DNA of 64,000 nucleotides from the human T2T-CHM13v2.0 reference genome, Homo sapiens, in assembly GCF_009914755.1 (NCBI RefSeq), contig NC_060926.1. One strand, 5' to 3'. Under the pieces are notes generated by a model that saw only the letters and a list, made by a program, of their open reading frames with translations, did no database searches and had not been told where the DNA came from. Shown here piece by piece: positions 45,262 through 59,135 of this stretch (within the stretch, counting starts at the first letter, position 1; each line of letters begins with the position of its first letter). A program made the position numbers and the translations under genes.

Positions 45262-47097
45262 TGTATTAGTCTGTTCTCAGACTGCTAATAAAGACATACT
45301 TGGGACTGGGTAATTTATAAAGGAAAGAGGTTTAATTGACTCACAGATCCACATGGCTGGGGAGGCCTCACAATCATGGTGGAAAGCAAAGGAGAAGCAA
45401 ACACGTCTTACATGGCAGCAGGCAAGAAAGAGTGTATGCAGGGGAACTCCCCTTTATCAAACCATCAGATCTCATGAGTCATGAGACTTATTTACTATCA
45501 CAAGAACAGCATGGGAAAGACCCACCTCCATGATTCAATTACCTCCCACTGGGTTCCTCCCACAACACATGGGGATTGTGAGAGCTAAAATTCTGGATGA
45601 GATCTGAGTGGGGACACAGGCAAATCATATCATTCCACCCATGGCCCCTCCCAAATCTCATATCCTCACATTTCAAAACCAATCATGCTTTCCCAACAGT
45701 CCTCCAAAATCTTAACTCATTTCAGCATTAACTCAAAAGTCCACAGTCCAAAGTCTCATCTAAGACAAGGCAAGTCCCTTCTGCCTATGAGCCTGTAAAA
45801 TCAAAAGCAAGTTAGTTACTTCCTAGATACAATGGAGATACAGGCATTGTGTAAATACAGCCATTCCAGATGGGAAAAATTGGCAAAATGAAGAGGCTAC
45901 AGGCCCCATAGAAATCCAAAATCCAGCAGAGCAGTCAAATCTTAAAGCTCCAAAATGATCTCCTTTGTCTTCATGTCTCACATCGAGGTCTCACGGATGC
46001 AAGAAGTAGGCACCCATGACCTTGGGCAGCTCTGCCCCTGTGTCTTTACAGGGTACAGCTCCCTTTCTGGCTGCTTTCATGAGCTGGCATTGAGTTTCTG
46101 CAGCTTTACCAGGTGCATGGTGCATGTTGTCAGTGGATCTACCATTCTGGAGTCTGGACGATGGTGGCCCTCTTCTCACAGCTCCACCAGGCAGTGCCCC
46201 AGACAGTGCTTGACTCCACATTTCCCTTCCACTCTGCACTAACAGAAGTTTTCCATGAGGACTCTGCCCCTGCAGCACACCTCTGCCTGGACATCCAGAC
46301 ATTTCCACAAATTCTCTGAAATCTATGTGGAGGTTCTCAAACCTCAATTCTTGATTTCTGTGTACCTGGAGGCCCAATGCCACATGTAAGCTGCCAAGGC
46401 TTGAGACTTTCACCCTCTGAAGCAATGACCTGATCTATACACTGGCTCCTCTTAGCCACAGCTGGGATGCAGGGGAGCAAGTTGGGAGAGTGCTCAAAGC
46501 AGCAAGGCCCTGGACCCAACCTATGAAGCCATTTTTCCTCCTAGGCCTCTGGGCCTGTGATGGGAGGGGCTGCCATAAAGACCTCTGACATGCCCTGGAG
46601 ATATTTTCCCCATTGTCTTCATGATTAACATTTGACTCCTTATTACTTATGCAAATTTCTACAGCCAGCTTGAATTTCTCCTCAGAAAATGAGTTTTTCT
46701 TTTCTATCACATCATCAGGCTACAAATTTACCAAACTTCTATGATCTGCTTCCCTTTTAAACATAAATTTCAACTCCAAACCATACCTTTCTGAATAAAT
46801 AAAACTGAATGTTTTTAACAGTACCCAAGTCACTTCTTGAATGCTTTGCTCCTTAGAAATTTATTGCATCAGACGCCCTGAATCATCTCTCTCAAGTTCA
46901 AAGTTCCACAAATCTTTAGGGCAGGGGAAAAATGCTGCCAGTCTCTTTGCTAAAGTATAACAAGAGTCACCTTTGCTTCAGTTCCCAACAAGTTCCTCAT
47001 CTCCATCTGAGACCACTTCAGCCTGGACTTTATTGTCCATATCACTATCAGTATTTTGGTCAGAGCCATTCAATAAGTCTCTAGGAAGTTCCAAACT
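45262..47097 (-). mobile_element. THE1 (THE1D-like): LTR 45262-45632 plus internal region; second LTR lost
   Basis: Canonical LTR termini; internal region colinear with 1480-2890; ends at 'gttccaaact'. Confidence 0.95.
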
Positions 47098-48664
47098 ACC
47101 ATGTCATTTTTTTTCTATAAAACCAGAAAAAAACTATTAAATAATTCATATGAAACTCCAAACAGCCAAAATAGCCAAAGTAATCTTAATCACAAAGAAC
47201 AAAGCCAGAGGCATCATGTTTGCTGACTTCCAAATATACTATCAGGTGATGGTAACCAAAATAGCATGGTACTGGTGCCAGAACAGCATGGTACTGGTAC
47301 AAAAACAGACACATAGACCAATGGAATGGAACAGAAAACCCAGAAATAAAGCTGCACACCTACAGATATCTGATCTTTAACAAAGTTAAGAAAAATAACC
47401 AACAGGGAAAAGACTACTCTGTATTCAATAAATGGTGTGGGCTAGTTGGGTAGCTGTATGTAGAAGAATGAAACTCAACCCCACCTTTCACCATATAAAA
47501 AAATTAACTGAGGTTGGATTAAAGATTGAAACACAAGACCTCAAACTACAAGAATCCTAGGAAACTCCATTCTGGACATTGGCCTTGGGAAATAATTTAT
47601 GACTAAGTCCTCAAAAGCAATTGCAACCAAAACAAAAATTGACAAGTGGGGTCTAATTAAATTAAAGAGCTCTACACAGCAAAAGAAATTATCAACAGAG
47701 AAAACAGGCAACCTACAGAATGAGATAAAATACTCACAAACTACACTTCCAACAAAGGTCCCAATACCCCAAATCTATAAGAAAATTAAACAAATTAATA
47801 AGCATAAAACAAATAACATGAATACAAATGAACAAAAGACATGAATAGACACCTCTCAGAAGAAGACATAAAAGTGGTTTACAAACATATAAAAAATTCT
47901 CCACATCACTAATCATCAGAGAAATGCAAATCACTGCAATGAGGTTCCATCTCACATCAGTCAGAATGGATATTATTAAAACATCAAAAAATAACAGATG
48001 CTGGCAAGGCTATGGAGAAAAGGGAATGCTTGCACACTTTCAATGGAAATCTAAATTAGTTCAGCCACTATGGAAAGTGGTTTGGAGATTTTTTAAAGAC
48101 TTTAAAAGGGAACTACAATTTGACCCAGCAATCCCATTACTGGTTATGTATCTAAAAGAAAACAAATTGTTTTAGCAAGAATACATAGGCTCTCATATGT
48201 GCCTCGCAGTCCTATTCACAATAGCAGCCATGAAATCAACCTAGGTGCCCATTAATGGTGGAATGGATAAAGAAAACATGGCAAATATACATGATGGAAC
48301 ACTACACAGCCATAAAAAGAACAAAATCATGTCCTTTGCAGCAACACAGATGTAGCTGGAGGCCATCATCCTAAGCAGATTAATGCAGTAACAGAAAACT
48401 AAATACAGTCTTTTCTCAATTATAAATTGGAGCTAAATATTAGGTACTCATAAACATAAAGATGGCAACAATAGACACTGGGTGCAGCTAGCAGGTGGAG
48501 TGAAGGAGGAGTAGAGGCAAGGGTTGAAAAACCTGCTTTTGTGTACTATGTTTAGTACCTTGGTAAATGGGATCACTTATACCCCAAACCTTAGCATCAG
48601 ACAATATATCCAAGTAACAAAGCAGCACATATGCCCCATGAATCTAAAATAAATATTGAAAAAA
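47092..48664 (+). mobile_element. L1PA15/16-like ORF2 3' part and 3' UTR
   Basis: ORF2 remnants (47924-48175 'RFHLTSVRM...NNRCWQG...HFQWKSKLVQPLWK'), 3' UTR and A tail. Confidence 0.9.
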
Positions 48665-49635
48665 ACTCTGATATTCCTTACAAATACAAAGAAAAGAAAA
48701 AAAAAATCCTCAGTCAAATACTAGCAAACTAAACCCAATAACTTTAAATAGGATTACAAAACATGACCAAGTAGGATTTATCCCAGATACACAAATATGC
48801 TTCAACAATGGAAAATCAATTAATAACATATGTATATTAATAAAATAAAGGATCAAAAAGGATTATCATGACAATAGTTGTGGAAAAATCTTTGGAGAAA
48901 ATCCAACACTCATTCATATTAAAAAACCTATGACACTTAACAAACAATAAGACACTTAAAACACAAGCAACACGAGAAAAATATTGTTAAACTGGACTTC
49001 ATTAAAATTAAAGGCTTTTGATCTACAAAATACACCACTTATAAAGGGGAAAACCAATGTATAGCAGGAACCAAAATATTTTCACATTGTGTATCTGATA
49101 AGGACTTATGCATACTATATAAAGAACTGTTACAACTAAAAAATCAAAAGACAAATAACTCAATTAAAAAATGAGCAAGTAATTTGAAAGACTTTATGCC
49201 AAGGAAGATATACAAATGGCCAATAGGCACATGAAAATATGCTGACTGTTATTAGCCATTAGGGAAATGCAAATCACAATCATAATGAGATGAAACTTCA
49301 CAAATACCAGAATAACTATAATAAAAAAGACAGATAATAACAAGTGTTGTTGAGGATGTAAAAGAATTAGAACTCTCATACATTGCTTCTCAGAATGTAA
49401 AACAGTTTCTTTGAAAAACAGTTTAGAAATTCTGCATAAAATCAAACATAGAGCTGCCATAAGACCCAGAAATTCTACTTGTAGGAATATACACAAGAGA
49501 ACTGACCATGTCTGTTCTATTTGTTCACACAAATACTTATACATTAACGTTCATAGCAGCATTATTCATAATAGACTGAAAGTGAAAATAATTCAAGCAT
49601 CCATTAACTGATGAGTGTGTAAATAAAATGTATTT
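48665..49635 (+). mobile_element. Continuation of host L1M ORF2
   Basis: 'aaaatcctcagtcaaatactagcaaac' follows the RT segment broken at ~43780. Confidence 0.8.
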
Positions 49636-50009
49636 TTAAATCTAGAATTAAAACCTTGAATGTCAGTACTCAAAAATTTCTATTTTAAAAAATATATGGT
49701 TATCCATTTCATTATATTTTCTGCAGTTTTATTCCATCCATATGTGGAAAAGATAAATTGTATGAGAAAGAGGACAGAGTTCATAAAGAAAGACTAGTGT
49801 TCCACAAAACCCTTAAATTCACTAGAAGAGAAGGTCCTTGACTCAGCGACCATGAAGAAGAGTCCAATCAAGCCACTTGAAATTCTTAAACTTTTCTTCT
49901 TGCCACCTGTTTTGGATAAAATGCAAACGAAAATTGCTTATCTAGGTTCTCTGTAGTCATTCAACATAGGCTCACCAAGTTAAAAGTTTTAATTCTAGAT
50001 TTTAGACTC

Positions 50010-51108
50010 TGAGAAATGCAAATCAAAACTGCAATGAGATACTAACACCAGTCAGAATGGCTATTATCAAAATAAAAAAATGAAAGATGCTGGCAAGGTT
50101 GTAGAGAAAAAGAGATGCTTATACACAGTTGGTGGGAGTGTAAATTAGTTCATCCATTGTGGAAGACAGGGTGGTGATTCTTCAAAGACCTAAAGAAAGG
50201 AGTACCACTCAACCCAGTAATCCCATTACCTGTACTAGTCTGTTCTTATGCTGTTAATAAAGATGTATCTGAGACTGGGTAAATTATAAAGAAAAGAGGT
50301 TTAATGGACTCACAGTTCCACATGGCTGGGGAGGCCTCACAATCATGGCAGAAAGAGAATGAGGATCAAAGTCACATCTTACATGGAGGCAGGCAAGAGA
50401 GAACTTGTTAACTTGTGCAGGGCAACTCCCATTTATAAAACCATCGGATCTCATGAGATCTATTCACTATCAGGAGAACAGCATGGGAAAGACCTGCCCC
50501 CATGATTCAATTATCTCCCACTGGGTCCCTCTCATGAAACATGGGAATTACGGGAGCTATAATTCAAGATGAGATTTGGGTGGGGTAACAGCCAAACCTT
50601 ATCAATACCCAAAGGAATATAAATTACTCTATTATAAAGACACATGCATGCATATCTTCATTGCAGTACTATTCACAAAGCAACGACATGGAATCAATCT
50701 AAATGCCCATCAGTGATAGACTGGATAAAGAAAATATGGTACATATTCATCATGGAATGCTATGCCGTAAAAAGAATGAGATCATGTCCTTTTTAGGGAC
50801 ATTATGGAGCTGGAGGCCATTATCCTTAGCCAACTAATGTAGAGACAGAAAACCAAATACCACATGTTCTCACTTATAAGTGGGAGCTAAATGATGAGCA
50901 CATATGGACACAGAGGGTAACAACACCCATGGGGCTTTTCACAGGCTAGAGGGTAGAGGGAGAGGATCAGGAAAAATAACTAATGGGTATTAGGCTTAAT
51001 ACCAGGGTGATGAAATAATCTGTACAATAAACCCCCAAGACACAAATTTACCAATGTATCAAACCTGCACTTGTACTCGTGAACTTAAAATAAAAGTTAA
51101 AAGAAAAG
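50010..51108 (+). mobile_element. 5'-truncated L1PA 3' end, interrupted by a THE1 LTR
   Basis: 'gagaaatgcaaatcaaaac...ctcacttataagtgggagctaaatgatgag...aacttaaaataaaagtt'. Confidence 0.9.
50231..50604 (-). mobile_element. THE1 solo LTR
   Basis: Termini 'tgtactagtctgttc' and 'gccaaaccttatca'; near-TSD ttacc/atacc. Confidence 0.93.
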
Positions 51109-53717
51109 TCTAAGAGTTCATTAAACATGGAAAAGAGCAAAGAAGATTATAGGTAGATTAATAGTGGATAGAGAGATAATGATCAAAACTAATTTTAATA
51201 AGTAATTGAACCATTGGTTGTTTCTTGTCAACTTCCTTTCTGGAATGTAGACTTTATGAGGGCAAGCCCCATGACATTTATAAAATTATCTCAATAACCC
51301 TCTTACCTTGGAGGTGGGCACTCTCATAAATAAATAGAAGAAAGGTGAAGAAAAATGAAAAAACAATGTGTTTGAAGAAGTGACTGTGTTTCTCTGTGTG
51401 TGTGTGCATGTGTGTGTGCTGAATCTGTAGGATGTTATGAGCTTATTGATTAGCTTATTGATTATTAGAATGGGAAAGAAAATTTAGGGTCAGATTAAAA
51501 TGGGCCTTGAATTATAATTATCACATTGGATATGTTTATCATTTGTAGAAAATTTGAAGTCATTTCAGGTGATTTAGCCATGATGTTTTTATTCTCTTCT
51601 TCTTTAAACTTACAATGTGATATAAAAAGTAAGGGGCCTCTCACTCAAATCACAGTGAAATTTTTAAATCTTCCTTGCCTAAAAATTAGTTGATATCAGA
51701 CTTTTAAAACTTGCTTGTCATTTAACCCTTCTTCATCTTCTATTCTCCTTAAACAGTTAACCATGTCTTTAGACACGAGTCTATACCTTGAATTAAAACA
51801 AAAGGAAAATGATCAATTTTCACCAGATCCAGAATTTTCTATTCTGAAAGTGGTAAAATGAACAGGAACTCCTTTTCCATTCCATTTAGTTACAATGTAA
51901 GCTAATTTGAATTATATGGATTTTAGTTAGCTCCATATGTTATATGAATAAATTCTCGATTTGTGTGTAAAACTCGAAATCATCTTTCAAATATTGCCAT
52001 CTGGAGGCATTGTAAACTTTGTTTATGCCATTGCCTTGTGCAGGTATTATTCGAGTTTGTAAACACCGTTATTAATTATTTTTCATCTGGATTGATTTTG
52101 ATTTACATGAGGTTTTACTAATGTGTTCCCATACAAAACACACAATTACTCTTCACATCATATAGTTCTGGGCACCACATCAAATATGTGAGAAAAATTT
52201 CCCCAAATGTATTCTATATATGGGTTCAACTACTATCACATGTTGTTTCAGCATTATATTGAATTAGTAAATTCTCTGTGAAATGTCATCTATTTCTACA
52301 CATATGCCCCTCGGGACATCTGTCCTATTTGTCAATACCACAATCTGGGCATCTGTCAAAATTACAGGCTATACCGACGTTTAGGCCCCTACATTGATTG
52401 GCCCTATCACAGGGTATGTAAAATAAACAAAGTTTAAAACATCATCAAAATGGGACCATATGTCTAAACCTATCTCATGACCCTTAGCAGAAGGAATGGG
52501 TGTTACTACGAATTGTCCCATCTTTCCAGGAACCTGAACTAGACACAGTAAAGAAGTCTCTTGCTAAATAAATGGGTCCTTCTGGTTCTACAATAGGTCA
52601 ATGTAGATATTAGTCTGCTACCTTATGTGTACTTTTTATTTTCTGGCAGCTGACAAATAAAATTACCTCAAACTCTAAGATGAGAAAACTAAAGTTTGAA
52701 AATCCAAATTTCTTATGCCATCTTTGAATGAATTGCAAATGTCTTAAGCCATCTCTGAATGAATGACATTCAGAAACAGCAAAATATTGACATGCTTACC
52801 TTCAAGTATCCCTGTTATCTTCAAGCAACCCTGTTCCAACAGCGAAATTTTAGCCCTGTGAAACAATCCCCAGGGACTGTGAGAATATGAATTGATTTTA
52901 AAGGATGGCTGGTTAGCTGACAGGGTCTCTGCTTTCCAAAGCATTGCCAATTCGGTGTTCAACTGCTCATAGGGGTTATTTTAAACTAACCCAACTGACG
53001 GTATAACAGTCTTAGGGTTTCTGAACCAACTTGCTTATATGAGCAAGGAATGAAATTATAAGACAGACACGGAGGAATTCTGAAAATTCCTTGTGGACAA
53101 AGAGGAGTTGGGCAGAGAAAAGCTTGTGCACTCACTCTTTCAGACTGTGTGAAAAGAAATGAAGTCCTTTTTTACTTTTATTTTATTTTCAAGTCATTAT
53201 TTTTCAATTGTACTCCTTTGGTTGCTAGTGAAGTAAACATTGTTCCCAAGTGACTTTAATTTCCCCAAATTACAGGAACTATAAATAAACATTCACAAAT
53301 TCTGCATTTATATTACCAATTCAAGTAAGATATTTTTATACAATCATGTTTAATTTGGGTTTGTTTATTTGAATACATTTCATGAACATCTTAGTTCAGC
53401 TTAGCATTTTAATGCTACTGAAATGTTTTATCAGAAATAATGGGGCTAATTATGAACTCATGATAGGTCACCAATTTCTGGATTTTCTCCCAAATCACCA
53501 TCAAGTCTGTGAAAAGAGCCGTTGAATCATTTGTTTTTAAACATAAACCAAGCAAACCTTTCTAGGAACTGAAAACTATATTTTCTCATTAATGTGATCA
53601 TTTCAGGAATTTTGCTAAATAGGGGGTCAATATAAACCAACAAAAATTACCCATACTCACCATCAAGAGGTAGTCGTGGTAATTTATTTTTGTATTTCCT
53701 TCAATTCTTTTCTAAGC

Positions 53718-54112
53718 TTTTTTTTTCAACTTTTATTTTAGAATTGGGGGTATGCATGCAGGTTAGCTGCAAAGGTATATTGAGTGATGTTGAGGTTTAG
53801 AGTATGAATCAATCTTTCACCGAGGTAGTGGGCATAAGATCCAAAAAATAGTTTTTTAGCCCTGCCTCTCACCCTCTTTCCATCCTCTAGTAGTCCCAGT
53901 GACTATCCTTTCCACCATTATGACCATGAATACACAATAGTTAGCTCCTGCTTATAAGTGAGAACATGCAGTATTTGGTTCTGTTTCCTTGTTATCTTGC
54001 TTAGGATAATGGCCTCCATATGCATCCATTTTGCTGCAAATAACCTAATTTGGTTCTTTTTTATGACTGTGTAGAATTCCAGTGGTATACATGAGCCACT
54101 TTTTCCTTATCT
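53718..54112 (-). mobile_element. L1PA (PA14-16-like) 3' UTR fragment
   Basis: 'ttttcaacttttattttaga...gcttataagtgagaacatgcagtatttgg'. Confidence 0.88.
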
Positions 54113-54519
54113 ACCAGAAGATATTTTTAATAACTACTTTAGTGGAGAATGAAATCACCTTTGGTCAGAAAAGATGGACTCTCAGCAAAATTTTAGAAAA
54201 AGATACAGAAGGAGATTTGGAGCATGTGAAAATGCATAAAATAAGAACACCATTGTCATAATCCAAATTGCAGGTTAACCAGATTGCCAGCAGATCCAGT
54301 TTATTTTGATTTACAAGAAGTAACATACATTTCCCATCAGATTATTGGCAAAAATGTATTTATTGCCAACCTTGGCCACATTTTGTCTTTGAGTTTTCTT
54401 GATAAAGTTCAGGTGTTGAAAATGGAGTAGGGGTAAGAGGAACAATCTCAAAATCAGAAAGCAAAATGAATTTCTCTTTCTTTTTAAATCTGCCCTTGGG
54501 ACAGGCCTGAGTTTTTAAG

Positions 54520-54972
54520 CATAGTAGGTTCAACAGTGGATCTCCAAAGATATGTTCAACTGGAATCTCAGAATGTAACTTTATTTGGCATAAGAATCTT
54601 TGTAGATGTAATTAAGGTTAGCATCTCAATTTGAGGTCATGCTGGATTGAGATAAGCATGAAATCCACCAATGAGTGTCCTTATAAGAGACAGAAAAGGA
54701 GAATACAAAGAAACATAGGGAATAATGACATATGAAGACAAAAGTAGAGACTGGAGTTATGCTGCCATCAGCCAAGCAATGCCTGGGGCCACCAAAAGCT
54801 GGAAGAGGCAAGGAAGAATTAAAATTTTTCCCTAGGGCTTTTGGAAGGAACATGGTCCTCTGACACTTTGATTCCAAACTTCTGGTTTCTACAACTGTGA
54901 GAGAATAAATATCTGTTGTTTTAAGCCACCAGCTTGGATGTAAATTATTATGGCAGCCTTACAAAACTAGAA
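54520..54972 (+). mobile_element. MLT1B/C solo LTR
   Basis: 'cagaatgtaactttatttgg...gcaatgcctggggccaccaaaagctggaagaggcaagga...ctgtgagagaataaat'. Confidence 0.88.
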
Positions 54973-55596
54973 GACTAGATACGTGCTCTTATTGTTAAAC
55001 CCAACCAACCAACCAACCAACAGACAAACAGCATCCAACATGATCTAATGTTTTCTTCATATCCCTCATGACGAAAGGAAGGTACATAGAAAGAACTGGA
55101 ATTGTCCTGAGTTAATCCACTCACTGACACTCTAGCCCAAACTTGAGGGGAACCATCCAAATCATAGTGAGTAGGTCACAGGAGGATGTCACATGTCACA
55201 GGAGGATACTAATCCCACCATTCACAATGTCTTTGCCCAGGGAATGGGGTCTGTTATGAGGCATTATACCACCTGGGCCTACACTAGGCAGGGATTGGCC
55301 TGAAAGCACATCCTTCATATATCTTCTGCTGCCTGTAGCATGTATGATGCACTCAAAATCTTAAGAGTCCATGGCTTTGCATACAGATATAAGGTTTTTT
55401 ATATAAAGGATGGATAATGAGGATGTTATTAAAGCCACACTGCCCCAGGCTGGGACACAATTTGAGAACCCAGCACTGCACATCTGAGCCTAAACACAAA
55501 AATTGGCCATCCTCTGTCAAGCCAGTCAGCAAGATGTTACAGGCTGCAGTTGTTATGTGGGACTTAAAGACAGAAAATTTTCAGTGGCAAGGCTTA

Positions 55597-56016
<420 letters not shown>

Positions 56017-57409
56017 TCAATCAGAAGTTCTTTGTGCTACACTCCTACTAAGAGGAGATAATAGCTAATTGGTATTTACCCTCATGGTAAAAATTCCCTT
56101 AGTGCCTTCAGAAAATATTACCATTTACCTAAGAGAGAGTTCAACAAGTGCTCTAGGATGCAAGTGGAGGCAACACAGGCTGAAGTACTATTGTGTCCTG
56201 CCTCAGCATCTGCTCTCCTACTTCTGTGAAAGAGGATGCAGCTGTCCTGATGCTCTGGCTTTTTCTACAGGGGAGACAAAACTAACTGATGGTCTTATCC
56301 TTCTTTCATGTATAATATGCATAAGAGGAGATTTTACATATTTTGTGTATTAAAGGGCTTTGACCATGCACTTCATTTCCAAGGTGACAGTAGTTACCTT
56401 GTGAAATGATAATGAAACCACAACAACAAAAGTCAGCAGTGAGGATTAGCAAAGAAAAAACTGGGACCAGGAGTGGAGGTGCTGATTGATGTAATGTAGT
56501 CACCATGTACACGTTGCTATGGAAATTATGCAAAAATGAAAGAAAAAAGGAACTAAGTAGTTGTATTGAGAAGATAGAAATGACATGGCATGTCTCTGGT
56601 AACATTATTGAAGAGATTTCTTCCATTTCCTGAGACAAGCATCTAGAATAGTTAAAAATGGGAAATTAAGGGGTTCAGTCAGAAGATTAAGTTAGCATTA
56701 CAAATCTCTCACAAAATAAGAATCAGCATCTCTCCTCAGTCTCCTGATGAAATTTTTTGGCACTGTGTTTACATCTCAGGTTCAGAAAGATCACTTGCAA
56801 TCCTCATGACTAAGCTAATTTCACTGACTTGGTTAAAAGGATATTTTCCATTTTTTTTTAACAGCACAGTCTTTGCTAAAGAATGGCTCCCAGGGTTTAA
56901 TCTCTTATCCTAATTCGAATCACACAGTCCATAATTTCCTGGTATCCAAACAAATTCAGTGGGCAGGCATGAACAAAATTTGGCCATAAACACTAGTAAT
57001 CACCATTTTGTTTCAAGCTTTAATAAGAGGTTGTGGCTACAATGCTACTTGCCAATGGAGAGAAGTCCTCATATCAACCTCGGCAGTGGTTATGATTTAT
57101 TTAAAAAAGAAAGAAACCAGGAGCCATCTCGGTAAAATTAACTGCCTGTGGTATGAACTTTGATCAGCCTACCAGAACCACCATCTAGCAACAAAATCCT
57201 TGGGTAAATCGAAAATGTTAGAATAAAAAATAAAGAAAATACAGGCAAAGAGAGAGAAAGCAAAAATATTCTAAAACTCATGTCAGAGTTAATAGTCTTT
57301 AGCAGTGAAAAAAACCTTTTTTTCCTTGAGGGTTAATTAGTTGCTTCACTTTCCCTTGTCTAGAAAAGATTGCTGTAGTAATTATTATTAACACTCTTAA
57401 TAATAATGG

Positions 57410-57612
57410 TAACCAGTAATAATAACTGAGCCTTTTTACATCCCAGGGTTAGTATTATAATTGGTGCCTTATGTATTAATTCTTCTGATCCTCACCAGAG
57501 GAAGCTCACAAAGGTAACTAACTGGCTAAGCCTCTCACAGGCAGTAGGTGATACAGCCTGAAGAACCCAGATGGTTCAGCTCCTGAATCCTTCTTCTTAC
57601 CATTATGTTCTG
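57410..57612 (-). mobile_element. MIR
   Basis: 'gaggaagctcacaaaggtaactaactggctaagcctctcacag'. Confidence 0.55.
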
Positions 57613-57908
57613 CCACGTCTCACATACCAGTGGGAATCCACACAGCAGATGACCCTTAACTTTGTTCTGTAAAAATTCCATAGTAGGTAAAATAAGCTAT
57701 CACCCAAGGGGTTTCTCTACTCTCCAATACAGAAAATGGACATTAGCCTAGTGATACCAAAATGCTACTGTTCTTCGTGTGAAATCCTAGCCAGTTGAAA
57801 CCATTAAAGGGGACAAATGTCACTGAGCATCTACTGGATGCCAGACATTATTTCATGCATTTCAATGTGATTTATCTCACTTAGTCAAAAAAAAATATAT
57901 ATGGTAAA

Positions 57909-58471
<563 letters not shown>

Positions 58472-58631
58472 AACAACAGCTCACTTTCAAAATGTATGTT
58501 ACTCTTTAGAATGTATTCAATCACTAATTTTTGCTATGTGCGAGTTGTTCTTATAGTGGCCAGAGTCCCTCTTCAAATAGGTGATAAAATATCTTAAAGT
58601 ATGTGAATATTCATATGTCTCAAGTTCAGTT

Positions 58632-58861
58632 AACAAACAAATATAATTAGATTAAGCCTTGATATTTCTAATAGACTTCTCTAATAAATGTATTTTCTTA
58701 ATTTCTACTATTATTAATGCTTTTTATTTAAAATTGAGGATGTGATACATAAGAAATAAATATAACTAGATAGAGCCTTCATATTTCTAAGTTTTCTCTA
58801 ATAAATATATTTCCTTAATTTCTACCACTATTAATGCTTATTTAAAATTAAGCATGTGATA
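58632..58861. repeat. Diverged tandem duplication, ~118-bp period, 2 copies
   Basis: 'gcctt.atatttctaa...ttctctaataaat.tattt.cttaatttctac...tatttaaaatt.ag.atgtgata' occurs twice. Confidence 0.9.
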
Positions 58862-58899
58862 ACTATTTGTTGCCACCTCATACAAAATAAAATAATGTA

Positions 58900-59135
58900 A
58901 TATTAATTATGCTTATTGTGCATGTGCTTTGTGTCGACTTACGGTGTAAGTTGTCTAGTAGCTCAGTTAGCCCCCACTTGCCAAACTATGTAGTCATACC
59001 AATTTTTTTTTCAGATGGATAAAGGGAGGCAGGAGGGTTTTGTAACCACAGAGTTCATCATCAGAGGTGAACAGGACCAAGATTTGAACCTGACAGTTTT
59101 TCTTCAGAGTTGGAAATCTTAATCTCCATACATAC
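58900..59135 (-). mobile_element. MIR
   Basis: 'ttcagatggataaagggaggc...ggaccaagatttgaacc'. Confidence 0.55.

Noticed and set aside
43878-45288. Cluster of 140-160 aa ORFs
   Set aside because: They lie in the GC-richer L1 5' UTR and tandem array, with no domain-like composition.
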